From a virus (lineage: Duplodnaviria > Caudoviricetes): 64,000 bases of DNA. The position numbers and the translations under genes were made by a program. The DNA lies in IMG/VR virus record IMGVR_UViG_3300024433_001307, positions 1,029 through 65,028 of that record; one strand, given 5' to 3'. The notes beneath the pieces were generated by a model that saw only the letters and a program-made list of their open reading frames with translations, was not told where the DNA came from and made no database searches. Position 1 is the stretch's first letter. Each line of letters starts with the position of its first letter. Shown here in pieces: positions 34,732-43,324 of the stretch.

Positions 34732-34881
34732 ATGGCTTATGGAGCGAAAAAAGGTGCAGGAAAAGGACGTGGTACGAGTGGTGGAGGACGTCGTAATAAG
34801 AACACCGGTGGGTGCTCAAAGGGTGGTCCGGGTGGTGGTAAAGGCGGTGGAAGAGGAAAAGGCACTGGTAGAAAGGGATAA
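34732..34881 (+). CDS. Gly/Lys/Arg-rich basic microprotein (49 aa)
   Basis: AAGGAG RBS; MAYGAKKGAGKGRGTSGGGRRNKNTGGCSKGGPGGGKGGGRGKGTGRKG. Confidence 0.75.
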   Translation: MAYGAKKGAGKGRGTSGGGRRNKNTGGCSKGGPGGGKGGGRGKGTGRKG

Positions 34882-34883
34882 AA

Positions 34884-35885
34884 TTGCCTAACCATTTGAG
34901 AAAGGACCCGACCAGAACGACTTTACTTCGCAGGAAATTTATGGCTGATATGGGAAAGCGTTTTAGGAAAATCTCTATAGCCATAAAAGAATTGATTGTA
35001 GATATGGATGCCTTGGGATTATCGACATCGGGTCCTTTTACCCTTCAAGCCAATGTTGAAAGACAAGCCTGGAGATTTATGACCGATGCCAAGAAGGTTG
35101 ATGCCTATAAGAAATGGCTACAACAACAAATCAACGCCAATGTTTTAACCGTCCAAGGAGGGATAAGCGGTAAGCCATGGACGGCTACTTATATTGAACC
35201 AGCATACCAAAAAGGACATATTAGAGCATATACGGATTTGAGAGCAGCAGATTTAGCAAAGTCTCCGGACTTCTACGCAGGCAGTAGAGCAGAATTTATA
35301 AGGTCTGCATTTGACCAACCTATGGCTTTGAATAAAATGGAACTGTTGAGCACAAGAGCCTTTTCGGAATTGAAGGGTGTTACTGATGCCATGAGTCAAC
35401 AAATGTCGAGGATATTAGCGACTGGATTGGCTCAAGGTATAGGGCCTATTGCTATAGCAAGGCAATTGCAAAAGAATGTATCAACCATGACGAGAACTCG
35501 TGCCAGAACGATAGCAAGGACAGAAATAATATATGCACATGCTGAAGGTCAATTAGATGCTTATGTAAGATTGGGAGTGAAGGAAGTAGGCATCATGGCA
35601 GAATGGAGTACCGCCGGTGATGATATTGTTTGTCCTTTGTGTGGTGAATTAGAAGGCGTTGTGATGACTGTAAAGGAAGCGAGAGGATTGATTCCAAGGC
35701 ACCCTAATTGTAGGTGTACATATATTCCAGCAATTAAAGCAAGAAAGATGAAGGGACAGAAGAGAGGTAAACAGGCTAAGAAAGCAATGAAGGAATCGAT
35801 TAGGGCAGAAGGTCCTAAAAAGAAGAAGCGTTCCTTTAAGGATATTAAGAAGCGTTCTACATGGGCGGGAAAAGAATTGATATGA
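34884..35885 (+). CDS. Head morphogenesis protein (Mu gpF / SPP1 gp7 family)
   Basis: DPTRT, RARTIARTE, WSTAGD..VCPLC, IPRHPNCRC. Confidence 0.92.
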   Translation: MPNHLRKDPTRTTLLRRKFMADMGKRFRKISIAIKELIVDMDALGLSTSGPFTLQANVERQAWRFMTDAKKVDAYKKWLQQQINANVLTVQGGISGKPWTATYIEPAYQKGHIRAYTDLRAADLAKSPDFYAGSRAEFIRSAFDQPMALNKMELLSTRAFSELKGVTDAMSQQMSRILATGLAQGIGPIAIARQLQKNVSTMTRTRARTIARTEIIYAHAEGQLDAYVRLGVKEVGIMAEWSTAGDDIVCPLCGELEGVVMTVKEARGLIPRHPNCRCTYIPAIKARKMKGQKRGKQAKKAMKESIRAEGPKKKKRSFKDIKKRSTWAGKELI

Positions 35886-36052
35886 ACAATGATGAATTAC
35901 AACCTACTAGATGTACAAACCCGATGAGGACATTTAGGAAAGATGAATGCGGTCCTTTAGTTCGTCAAAAATTCTTCGAAAGTCAAAGAGCTATTAAAAT
36001 ATCTGATTTTATGGAAAAGGTGGAAAAAGAAGAACCTCTTTTTGATGTATAG
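35882..36052 (+). CDS. Small hypothetical protein
   Basis: ATG overlaps the region of the gpF stop; 56 aa. Confidence 0.4.
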   Translation: MNNDELQPTRCTNPMRTFRKDECGPLVRQKFFESQRAIKISDFMEKVEKEEPLFDV

Positions 36053-36278
36053 AGAAAAACCAGAAAAAACAAAATAATATCTTATATATAATGACCTTCC
36101 TAAAATCCTTTTCATAATAAGTAGTTACCAATTTTGTCAATATATACAAACCTACTATTGTTTCGTCTTAATGTGGATAAACCCTTTGTAATAATGATTT
36201 TCCACATATAATAAGATTGTCGAGCAAAGAAGATGAGGTAATTGAAAGGAGAAAGGAATTGTGTAGGAAAGGATAAAG

Positions 36279-38123
36279 ATGCCAGTACACACAAGCAAAG
36301 ACAGTAAAGGATGTTTTGCTCAATGGGGTGGTAGTGGTAAGAAGTATTATTATACCTGCAATGATGCGACAGCCAGAAAAGCAGCAAAAGCCAAGGCAGC
36401 CAAACAAGGAGCCGCTGCTCATGCAGCCGGTTATAACCTACAAGTGATTACTGCCAACATCACGGGAATGATTCGAAATGACCGAATGGAGGATAGGGAT
36501 TATTTAGTAGTTCCTATGATTATGTTGGTAGAAGGTGTTCACGATGGAAGCAATGGACCGCTTTATTATCCAGCAGACGAACTTGCCAAGACACCTGAGA
36601 TTTGGAATCATAAACCGGTAATTGTTTATCATCCATCCAAAAATGGTTTGGGTATTAGTGCATGTGACCCCGACATTTTATCCAATCGCAAAGTTGGTGT
36701 TATAATGAATACCATTTTTGAGGGGGAGGATGATAATGGGGCTGCGAGATTGAAAGCTGAGGCTTGGCTTGAGGTTGACAGAGTAAATAAGGTAGACGAT
36801 AGGATAGCGACTGCAATAGAGAATAATGAGATGATGGAATTATCCACCGGTCTATTTACAGATAATGAGGTTGTCGAAGGAGAATGGTACGGAGAGCATT
36901 ATGATGCAATAGTTCATAATCTCAGACCGGACCATTTAGCATTATTGCCGGATTTGAAAGGGGCTTGTTCAATCGAGGATGGAGCGGGATTTCTTAGATT
37001 GAATGAGGAGGGTGATTTTGTCCTTAATCCTCAACCCGAGGAAACGGAGAATTATATAAGGATTCGTCAAAAGAATCCGGGTTTGTTTAAGGAAGGGAGT
37101 TTTAGAACTATAACCATTTCGAGCAGTAAGGGGATAAAGGCCGTTATAGGTAGATTGAAGAAACCACCTAAAGGCCAAGCGGGTTCTGCTGTTGTCCAAA
37201 CCTTTTTGTTTGATAAAAAGAAATGGACTATGGCAAAGGCAAAGAAATGGGTGAAGGACCATAAACCAACTGCAAATGAATTAGGCTATAATGAGATAAG
37301 AACGAAATTGAGTGACCTGCTGAGGCAAAATGATGATTACGTATGGGTAGAAGATGTTTGGGATGAATTTTTCATATTTGAGAAGGATGGGAGATTTTTC
37401 AAACAGAATTACACACTAAAGGATGAAGAGGTTAGTGTGTCGGGATTGACCTTAGAGGTAAAAAAGGATATCCGATGGTTGGATATGAGCGATAATGTCG
37501 TTGTTAATGAAAATGGAAATATCGTTGTTAATAAAGATAAGGAGAAAGTAATGGACGAGAAGAAAAAGATAGTCGATAACCTCATCTCCAGTAAAACAAC
37601 CAAATGGGAAGAGGCGAATCGAGAATGGCTGATGACGCAGGAGGAAGACATTCTGCAAAACATGCTACCTCTTGCCAATCAGGAAGAGGACGACAAGGAC
37701 AAGGACGACAAAGATAAAGCTGCTGATGATAAGACTGGGGACGACAAGACTGGGGACGACAAGACTGCTGATGATAAGTCGGAAGAAGAAGATGAAACAA
37801 CGGAGAATGAAATCACCGTGGATGAGTATATCAAAAAAGCTCCGACGGAACTTCAAGGCGTATTGAGAAGCGGTTTAGCAGCTCACAATGCCACAAAAGC
37901 CAAACTGATAAAGATTGTCACAAGCAACAAGCGGAATAAGTTTACCAAAGAACAGCTTCAAACCAAGGAATTGGATGAGTTGAGAGCTTTGGCGGCTTTG
38001 GCAACAGACCCGAATTATAGTGGTCAAGGAGACCCGGTAGACAACGTGGAGGAAGATGAAGAGGAACCGATGGAGACACCGACGATGAATTTCGAAGAAG
38101 AGAAGCAAAAAAAGACTGGCTGA
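36279..38123 (+). CDS. DUF2213-type prohead protease/scaffold
   Basis: VEGVHDG, WNHKPVIVYHP, ELSTG, PDHLALLP...GACS...G; acidic scaffold C-terminus with DDKTG repeats. Confidence 0.82.
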   Translation: MPVHTSKDSKGCFAQWGGSGKKYYYTCNDATARKAAKAKAAKQGAAAHAAGYNLQVITANITGMIRNDRMEDRDYLVVPMIMLVEGVHDGSNGPLYYPADELAKTPEIWNHKPVIVYHPSKNGLGISACDPDILSNRKVGVIMNTIFEGEDDNGAARLKAEAWLEVDRVNKVDDRIATAIENNEMMELSTGLFTDNEVVEGEWYGEHYDAIVHNLRPDHLALLPDLKGACSIEDGAGFLRLNEEGDFVLNPQPEETENYIRIRQKNPGLFKEGSFRTITISSSKGIKAVIGRLKKPPKGQAGSAVVQTFLFDKKKWTMAKAKKWVKDHKPTANELGYNEIRTKLSDLLRQNDDYVWVEDVWDEFFIFEKDGRFFKQNYTLKDEEVSVSGLTLEVKKDIRWLDMSDNVVVNENGNIVVNKDKEKVMDEKKKIVDNLISSKTTKWEEANREWLMTQEEDILQNMLPLANQEEDDKDKDDKDKAADDKTGDDKTGDDKTADDKSEEEDETTENEITVDEYIKKAPTELQGVLRSGLAAHNATKAKLIKIVTSNKRNKFTKEQLQTKELDELRALAALATDPNYSGQGDPVDNVEEDEEEPMETPTMNFEEEKQKKTG

Positions 38124-38192
38124 GAATGGAGAGGTGAAAGAAGTTTGTTAAGAATAGATTAGTTATAGGAATTTATTTGAAAGGGATTAGAG

Positions 38193-38636
38193 ATGGCGAA
38201 TAGAGTTCATTCAAAAGGGACCTATGTCCATGAGGAAGCCAATGCAGGTGCTGCCGGCATCTACCCGGGTATGCTGTTGAAATTGAATTCTTCCGGCAAT
38301 GTGGTTGTGCATAATATCGAAGGAGGCAGAGGAGAAGCCATGTTTGCAGAGGAAGACGCTTTGCAGGGAAATACAATAGAGACCGTATACACCAGTGGTC
38401 AACCAGTGATGCTTATTCTTCCCAACAAAGGTTCTGTTGTTAATGCTATGATTGAGGACGGCCAGGATATCAGCATTGGTGACGAGCTTATGAGTACCGG
38501 TGACGGCAAACTCAAGAAGGCTTCCGACCTTGAGAGTGGTGAGACATTGTCCCAAGTCATTGCTATTGCGGTGGAGGCATGTGACTTGACTGGTAGTAAT
38601 TCCTCCGACACTCTTTCTGGAGTACGAATTGTCTAA
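38193..38636 (+). CDS. Head decoration (cement) protein
   Basis: IYPGMLL...AEED...IGDELMSTGDGKL; lies between scaffold and capsid genes. Confidence 0.75.
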   Translation: MANRVHSKGTYVHEEANAGAAGIYPGMLLKLNSSGNVVVHNIEGGRGEAMFAEEDALQGNTIETVYTSGQPVMLILPNKGSVVNAMIEDGQDISIGDELMSTGDGKLKKASDLESGETLSQVIAIAVEACDLTGSNSSDTLSGVRIV

Positions 38637-38707
38637 GATTCGTATTATAAGGAGGAGATAGGATATTAAGTGTGAAACGAAACAAGTTTAATTGAAAGGG
38701 AAGTGCG

Positions 38708-39769
38708 ATGGATTACATTTTTAATGGCATCGCTTCTGGAGATGTTGCCAGCAAGCTGATGCAATGCAATTTTGATACCGATTGCCTACGTCCCTTCATT
38801 GGCAGAGATGGTCGTACTTATATCAATGTCAATGAAGCTGGGAAACTAAAGGCAAGGCCTGTAGCCAATGCTACAGCCACACTTCGGAAGGATGATTGGA
38901 AACTGTTGGATGATGCTATAATTAAGGCGGCCAGACCACGCCTTAAGGCGGTAGCCGACCTCCGCAGTGCCGGGCTTACTTTTACCATTCCGAATGGTAT
39001 GAGTAAGACAGTGTTGGAAACTGAGACCATGAGTGACGTCAATGATGCTATTGTTAGTATGGATGGTTTGCGTCGAGGGCCAAATGATAGACCACTGTTT
39101 GAGATAACCAATCTTCCGTTGCCTATCATACATAAAGATTTTTCGTTCTCTGCACGTCAGGTGGCGGTCAGCAGAAACGGTGGTTCACCTTTGGATACGA
39201 CAATGGCAGAATTATCGGCTCGTAAGGTGGCAGAAGAGGCAGAAAAGCTTCTACTCGGTGTGAGTACCGCAGCCAACCAATATTCTTATGGTGGTGGAGT
39301 CATCTATGGATATACTGATTATATTTACCGCCTTCCGGCAACGATTACCGCACCGACAGCGGGTGGTTGGACTGGTGAAACCATCTTGGCTGAAATCATA
39401 GCCATGAAACAACAGTCGATAAATGCTTATCACTATGGACCCTGGATGATGTATGTATCCACTGCATGGGACCAGTATCTGGATAATGATTTCAAAGCCG
39501 CTTCCGACAAGACCATCCGTAACAGAATCAAGGAACTTACCGACATCACGGATATTCGTACTTTGGATTATCTCGGGTCTGGTTTTGTCATATTGCTGGT
39601 CCAAATGACGTCCGACGTAGTTCGAGAAGTTGTGGGCATGGATTTAGTTACTGTTCAATGGGAAACCAATGGTGGACTGCTATTGAACTTTAAGGTTATG
39701 GCTATTTTGGTACCGCAGCTTCGAGCGGACCAGAATGACAGGACTGGAATAGTTCACGGTTCAACCTAA
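38708..39769 (+). CDS. Major capsid protein (HK97 fold, encapsulin/linocin-like family)
   Basis: TLRKDDWK.LD.AI, PLPIIHKDF, PLDTT, YGPW; 353 aa in the expected position. Confidence 0.88.
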   Translation: MDYIFNGIASGDVASKLMQCNFDTDCLRPFIGRDGRTYINVNEAGKLKARPVANATATLRKDDWKLLDDAIIKAARPRLKAVADLRSAGLTFTIPNGMSKTVLETETMSDVNDAIVSMDGLRRGPNDRPLFEITNLPLPIIHKDFSFSARQVAVSRNGGSPLDTTMAELSARKVAEEAEKLLLGVSTAANQYSYGGGVIYGYTDYIYRLPATITAPTAGGWTGETILAEIIAMKQQSINAYHYGPWMMYVSTAWDQYLDNDFKAASDKTIRNRIKELTDITDIRTLDYLGSGFVILLVQMTSDVVREVVGMDLVTVQWETNGGLLLNFKVMAILVPQLRADQNDRTGIVHGST

Positions 39770-39845
39770 CGGGTTCTGTCTCATTGAAACAATTGAATCC
39801 ATATAAACAATGGCAAGAGCAAATATATTGGAAAGGGCTTGAATT

Positions 39846-40409
39846 ATGAAATTTCGATTGCTACATGGAACTTATGTGCGACATGGCGAAACTTATGAGG
39901 CACTCACTAAGGAAGAAAAAAAGGCGGGTGTCAAACAGAAGAATGATATAGTTGAATCAGACCAAGACCTCTGTAAAGTGTTCTGCAATAAGTTCAAACG
40001 ACTGTATCAAGAAGAAATAGATGAGGCACGACTTCCTGACAAACCCGACATCCCCAAACCAGAATTAACGAACTCTCCTCCTTCAAGAAGGGTTACTGCA
40101 AAAGGTGAGGGAGAGGATGACTCGTTGCCAGGCTCCTCTCCCAAACCTGAATCTGAGGAAAATGAAGAAGAAGGTGTGGATGAAGATTTTGAGGATGATA
40201 CACCTACAAAGGATGAAACGACTACGGAACATGGAATTGATGTAACCTCAGAATTTCCAACAGCCGCTAAGGTTGATTTGAAGGTCTTTAAGAAAGGACA
40301 ATGGCACACGGTGATTGACCCCGACGATGGAACGGTTTTGAATGAGAAGAAAATGAGAGCGGATAAGGTAGACGATTTTCTTCAGCAGTATCAAGAAACT
40401 GAGGATTGA
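39846..40409 (+). CDS. Hypothetical head-associated protein
   Basis: 187 aa with an acidic linker, directly after the capsid gene. Confidence 0.65.
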   Translation: MKFRLLHGTYVRHGETYEALTKEEKKAGVKQKNDIVESDQDLCKVFCNKFKRLYQEEIDEARLPDKPDIPKPELTNSPPSRRVTAKGEGEDDSLPGSSPKPESEENEEEGVDEDFEDDTPTKDETTTEHGIDVTSEFPTAAKVDLKVFKKGQWHTVIDPDDGTVLNEKKMRADKVDDFLQQYQETED

Positions 40410-40410
40410 T

Positions 40411-41046
40411 ATGCCTCAATGGAGACCTATGCCGGAATGGGCAGGCTCTTCTGCTTTTATTATAGGTGGAGGACCTTCCCTTAAAACCTTTGATTGGAAT
40501 CTTCTTGAATCAGAAATGACGATAGGTTGCAATGATGCTTTCAAATTGGGTGTTGATATTTGTAAGATTTGTATTTTTGGTGATGTGAAGTGGTTTAGAA
40601 TTCATAAACAGGATTTGGAAATTTATCATAATAACAAAGGGGTGGTATTTACTAACAGTACTCAACTGCAAAGAAGTCGAATACCGTGGCTTTGGTTGAT
40701 GCCAAGAAAATTTTATGGATTGCATACCGAAGCTCTTGGTTGGAACAGTAATACAGGTGCAGTGGCTGTCAATTTGGCGTTGATACTTGGAGCTTCGCCT
40801 ATTTATCTTTTAGGTTTTGATATGCACGAATCCAAAGAAGGTAAACCTAACTGGCATGAGCATCGTATAGAAAAGCATAATGGAGAGGTTTATAATAAAT
40901 TTCTCAAGGGATTTGATAGAGTAGCGATAGATTTGAAAAAGAAGTTTCCAAGTCAAGAGGTAATCAATGTTACGAAGGATAGTGCATTGGATGTCTTCCC
41001 AAAGATGGATTCTGATAAATTTTGGGAAAGGAGAATGGCATGTTAA
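40411..41046 (+). CDS. DUF115/MptE-like (Maf-type) putative sugar transferase
   Basis: IIGGGPSL, IGCNDA, NTGAVAVNLA..LG..PIYLLGFD, VINV. Confidence 0.7.
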   Translation: MPQWRPMPEWAGSSAFIIGGGPSLKTFDWNLLESEMTIGCNDAFKLGVDICKICIFGDVKWFRIHKQDLEIYHNNKGVVFTNSTQLQRSRIPWLWLMPRKFYGLHTEALGWNSNTGAVAVNLALILGASPIYLLGFDMHESKEGKPNWHEHRIEKHNGEVYNKFLKGFDRVAIDLKKKFPSQEVINVTKDSALDVFPKMDSDKFWERRMAC

Positions 41047-41603
41047 GAATGATATCTATTCTATTTCTTTTGTTTATAGTGGGTTGTGCCTCAGAAGAAA
41101 GGTTGACCAAGGATGAATGGTTAATAAGGTACAAACCAACTGATGCAAATGAAGCATCTGCTATGGCTATTCTCCAAACAAAATTGAAAGAGGCTGACGG
41201 CAAGGTGATTATTGCATTGATGATGAATAAATTTAAGATAGCCTGTGTTATAGGTCTCATGGGTTCCATTATTGCTTTGGGTATAGGACTATGGTTGCGA
41301 ATGAAGATAACTGTGATTGCCGGTGGACTTGGTGTTGCTGCTTGTTTGGTAGGATATTCTTTAATAACTGCTGATTTATTGCTTGGAAAATATCTCGCCA
41401 TAGGTGGATTGGCATTTGGTTTGATAATCTGTGGTATTGTTATATTTCTGGTGGTGCGGGCTTTGATACAAACGGTTAAAGGTAACGAAGTCTTTAAGAC
41501 GAATACCTCAGATGGTGTATCATTAAAACTTTTCAAAGAAGCTCAGAAGTCAAAACAGAAACCTATCACAGAAGGCATTATAGATAGAATACGAGGGGTA
41601 TGA
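41040..41603 (+). CDS. Lipoprotein with several transmembrane helices
   Basis: Signal peptide with a lipobox-like IVG-C, then about three hydrophobic helices. Confidence 0.6.
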   Translation: MLRMISILFLLFIVGCASEERLTKDEWLIRYKPTDANEASAMAILQTKLKEADGKVIIALMMNKFKIACVIGLMGSIIALGIGLWLRMKITVIAGGLGVAACLVGYSLITADLLLGKYLAIGGLAFGLIICGIVIFLVVRALIQTVKGNEVFKTNTSDGVSLKLFKEAQKSKQKPITEGIIDRIRGV

Positions 41604-41604
41604 T

Positions 41605-42012
41605 ATGGCTGTGAGAACTACGGATGCGGAAGTAAAAGCAATTATAGAGGTTGATGTGAATATAACATTGACTCCTTTCATAGCAGCAGCCAATACCTTA
41701 GTCACCCAATGCTGTACGGATTTGGATGATGATTACACAGCAACAGAACTTGCCCAGATAGAAACTTGGCTATCAGCTCATTTCTATACCGTACGAGATA
41801 TGAGGGCAGAAGGGGAGAAGGCCGGTCCGGTAAGTGAGAAAAAACAATCTAAAGTGGATTTAGGATTTGATACATCTCACTATGGTCAAATGGCTATGAG
41901 GTTAGATTATCATGGTGGATTGGCGTCTTTGAATGAACAAATTAAAAAAGGAATAAAAAAGGCTGTATCAGTTACTTGGTGGGGAACTGAAAAAGAAGAT
42001 GTAGAAACATAA
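41605..42012 (+). CDS. Head-tail adaptor protein
   Basis: FIAAAN..V...IETWLSAHF...TSHYGQMA..LD. Confidence 0.75.
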   Translation: MAVRTTDAEVKAIIEVDVNITLTPFIAAANTLVTQCCTDLDDDYTATELAQIETWLSAHFYTVRDMRAEGEKAGPVSEKKQSKVDLGFDTSHYGQMAMRLDYHGGLASLNEQIKKGIKKAVSVTWWGTEKEDVET

Positions 42013-42023
42013 AGGAGCAACAA

Positions 42024-42305
42024 ATGGACCATTTTGAAATCGTCATGAGTTTAATTGGAGTAATGTTTCTCGCCATTATTGGTGTCTATGTTTGGACATA
42101 TAAAGTAGCCAAAGATACCAATTCTCAGCTTGGGGAAATCTACAAAACAGTGAATGCTCATTTTGCAAATGCTAAGATTCATGCCAATGTGGATGACCTT
42201 GTTTCCGAAAAAGTATTTACTGCAAAACATGATTTCCTCGAAAAGACTATTGATGAGATTAAGAAAGATGTAAAGTGTTTAGTGCGTAAGGCAGGAGCTT
42301 CATGA
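42024..42305 (+). CDS. Single-TM coiled-coil protein (holin-like?)
   Basis: N-terminal TM helix and C-terminal IDEIKKDVK coiled coil. Confidence 0.5.
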   Translation: MDHFEIVMSLIGVMFLAIIGVYVWTYKVAKDTNSQLGEIYKTVNAHFANAKIHANVDDLVSEKVFTAKHDFLEKTIDEIKKDVKCLVRKAGAS

Positions 42306-42667
42306 GTATCATTACCAGAATGTTGAAACAAACGGCTGTTTGGTGGCCATTGGGTTCGGAAGAAAGTGGAGGAGTTGATTTTGATGATTATGGTCAGCCG
42401 ACAGCATCTACTCCAGTAGAAATAAAATGCAGATGGGAGGATAAAGCGGAGGAATTTATAGATGCCAAAAATGCTCGTTGTTTTTCAAAATCTGTTGTCT
42501 ATGTAGACAGGGATGTTGTGGTCAGTGGTTATTTGATGTTGGGTGAATTATCGGATGTAACGGATGAAGCAAATCCGAGAAATAATATAGGAGCTTTTGA
42601 GATTAAGGGATTTAGTAAGATACCAAATCTTAGGGCTACTGAATTTTTGAGGACTGCATTTCTATAA
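42302..42667 (+). CDS. Head closure/stopper protein
   Basis: QTAVWW...DDYGQP...IKCRWE pattern and gene position. Confidence 0.7.
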   Translation: MSIITRMLKQTAVWWPLGSEESGGVDFDDYGQPTASTPVEIKCRWEDKAEEFIDAKNARCFSKSVVYVDRDVVVSGYLMLGELSDVTDEANPRNNIGAFEIKGFSKIPNLRATEFLRTAFL

Positions 42668-43041
42668 TGTATATTGGAAAAATTACAGGCATGAATGGTA
42701 TTATCAGGAGGGCAAGGGGAGCTATGAGAAGCCATGAAAGAGGATGTGCTCGTGGTTTGAAACAAGGAGGTTTATTTTTACAGGCTGAAAGTCAAAAGGT
42801 TTGTCCTGTATTGACAGGTAATTTGAAAGGTTCTGCTGATACCAGAAATATCGGTGGTGAAGGATTCAAAACAGATATTGTAGTCAATTATGGTAAAGAG
42901 GCAGGATATGCTGTACATGTTCACGAGCGGGTAGACTTGAGACATAAAGAAGGTAAACAGGCAAAATTTTTGGAACAACCCGCTCGTCAGAAAAGGAAAG
43001 ATATTCTTAAAATAGTAAGAGACGAAACAAAGGCAGGGTGA
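42667..43041 (+). CDS. HK97 gp10-like tail completion protein
   Basis: SQKVCPVLTGNLKGS, YAVHVHE, AKFLEQP. Confidence 0.8.
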   Translation: MYIGKITGMNGIIRRARGAMRSHERGCARGLKQGGLFLQAESQKVCPVLTGNLKGSADTRNIGGEGFKTDIVVNYGKEAGYAVHVHERVDLRHKEGKQAKFLEQPARQKRKDILKIVRDETKAG

Positions 43042-43045
43042 ATAA

Positions 43046-43321
43046 ATGTCTATTAGTGATAAATTGAATGAGGTTTATTCTCAAAGAGAAGTGGCTAAGA
43101 AGATGCTAAGTGCCAGAGCTATCTTTGATAATCTAAACAAGGTTGTTGGTGAATCCATTGTCGAATTGCAGAAATTGAATACTGATAGAATACTTGATTT
43201 GATGGACCCAGAAGTGAAACAGATGGTTCTGAATCTATGGACTGGATTAGGTGCATTACAAACTTGTTTTGATGAACCGGATGCGAAGATATTCTTAGAA
43301 TGGAAACCACCGGAGGAATAA
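43046..43321 (+). CDS. Hypothetical protein
   Basis: 91-aa helical ORF within the operon. Confidence 0.6.
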   Translation: MSISDKLNEVYSQREVAKKMLSARAIFDNLNKVVGESIVELQKLNTDRILDLMDPEVKQMVLNLWTGLGALQTCFDEPDAKIFLEWKPPEE

Positions 43322-43324
43322 ATA

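Noticed and set aside
33578-37775. Short tandem repeats (GAAGAACCC near 33580-33625; GACGACAAGACTGGG near 37725-37775)
   Set aside because: In-frame coding repeats for the acidic linkers of portal and scaffold; no sign of a separate function.
38708-39769. Encapsulin or bacteriocin gene
   Set aside because: Its position after the protease and decoration genes identifies it as the phage major capsid protein.
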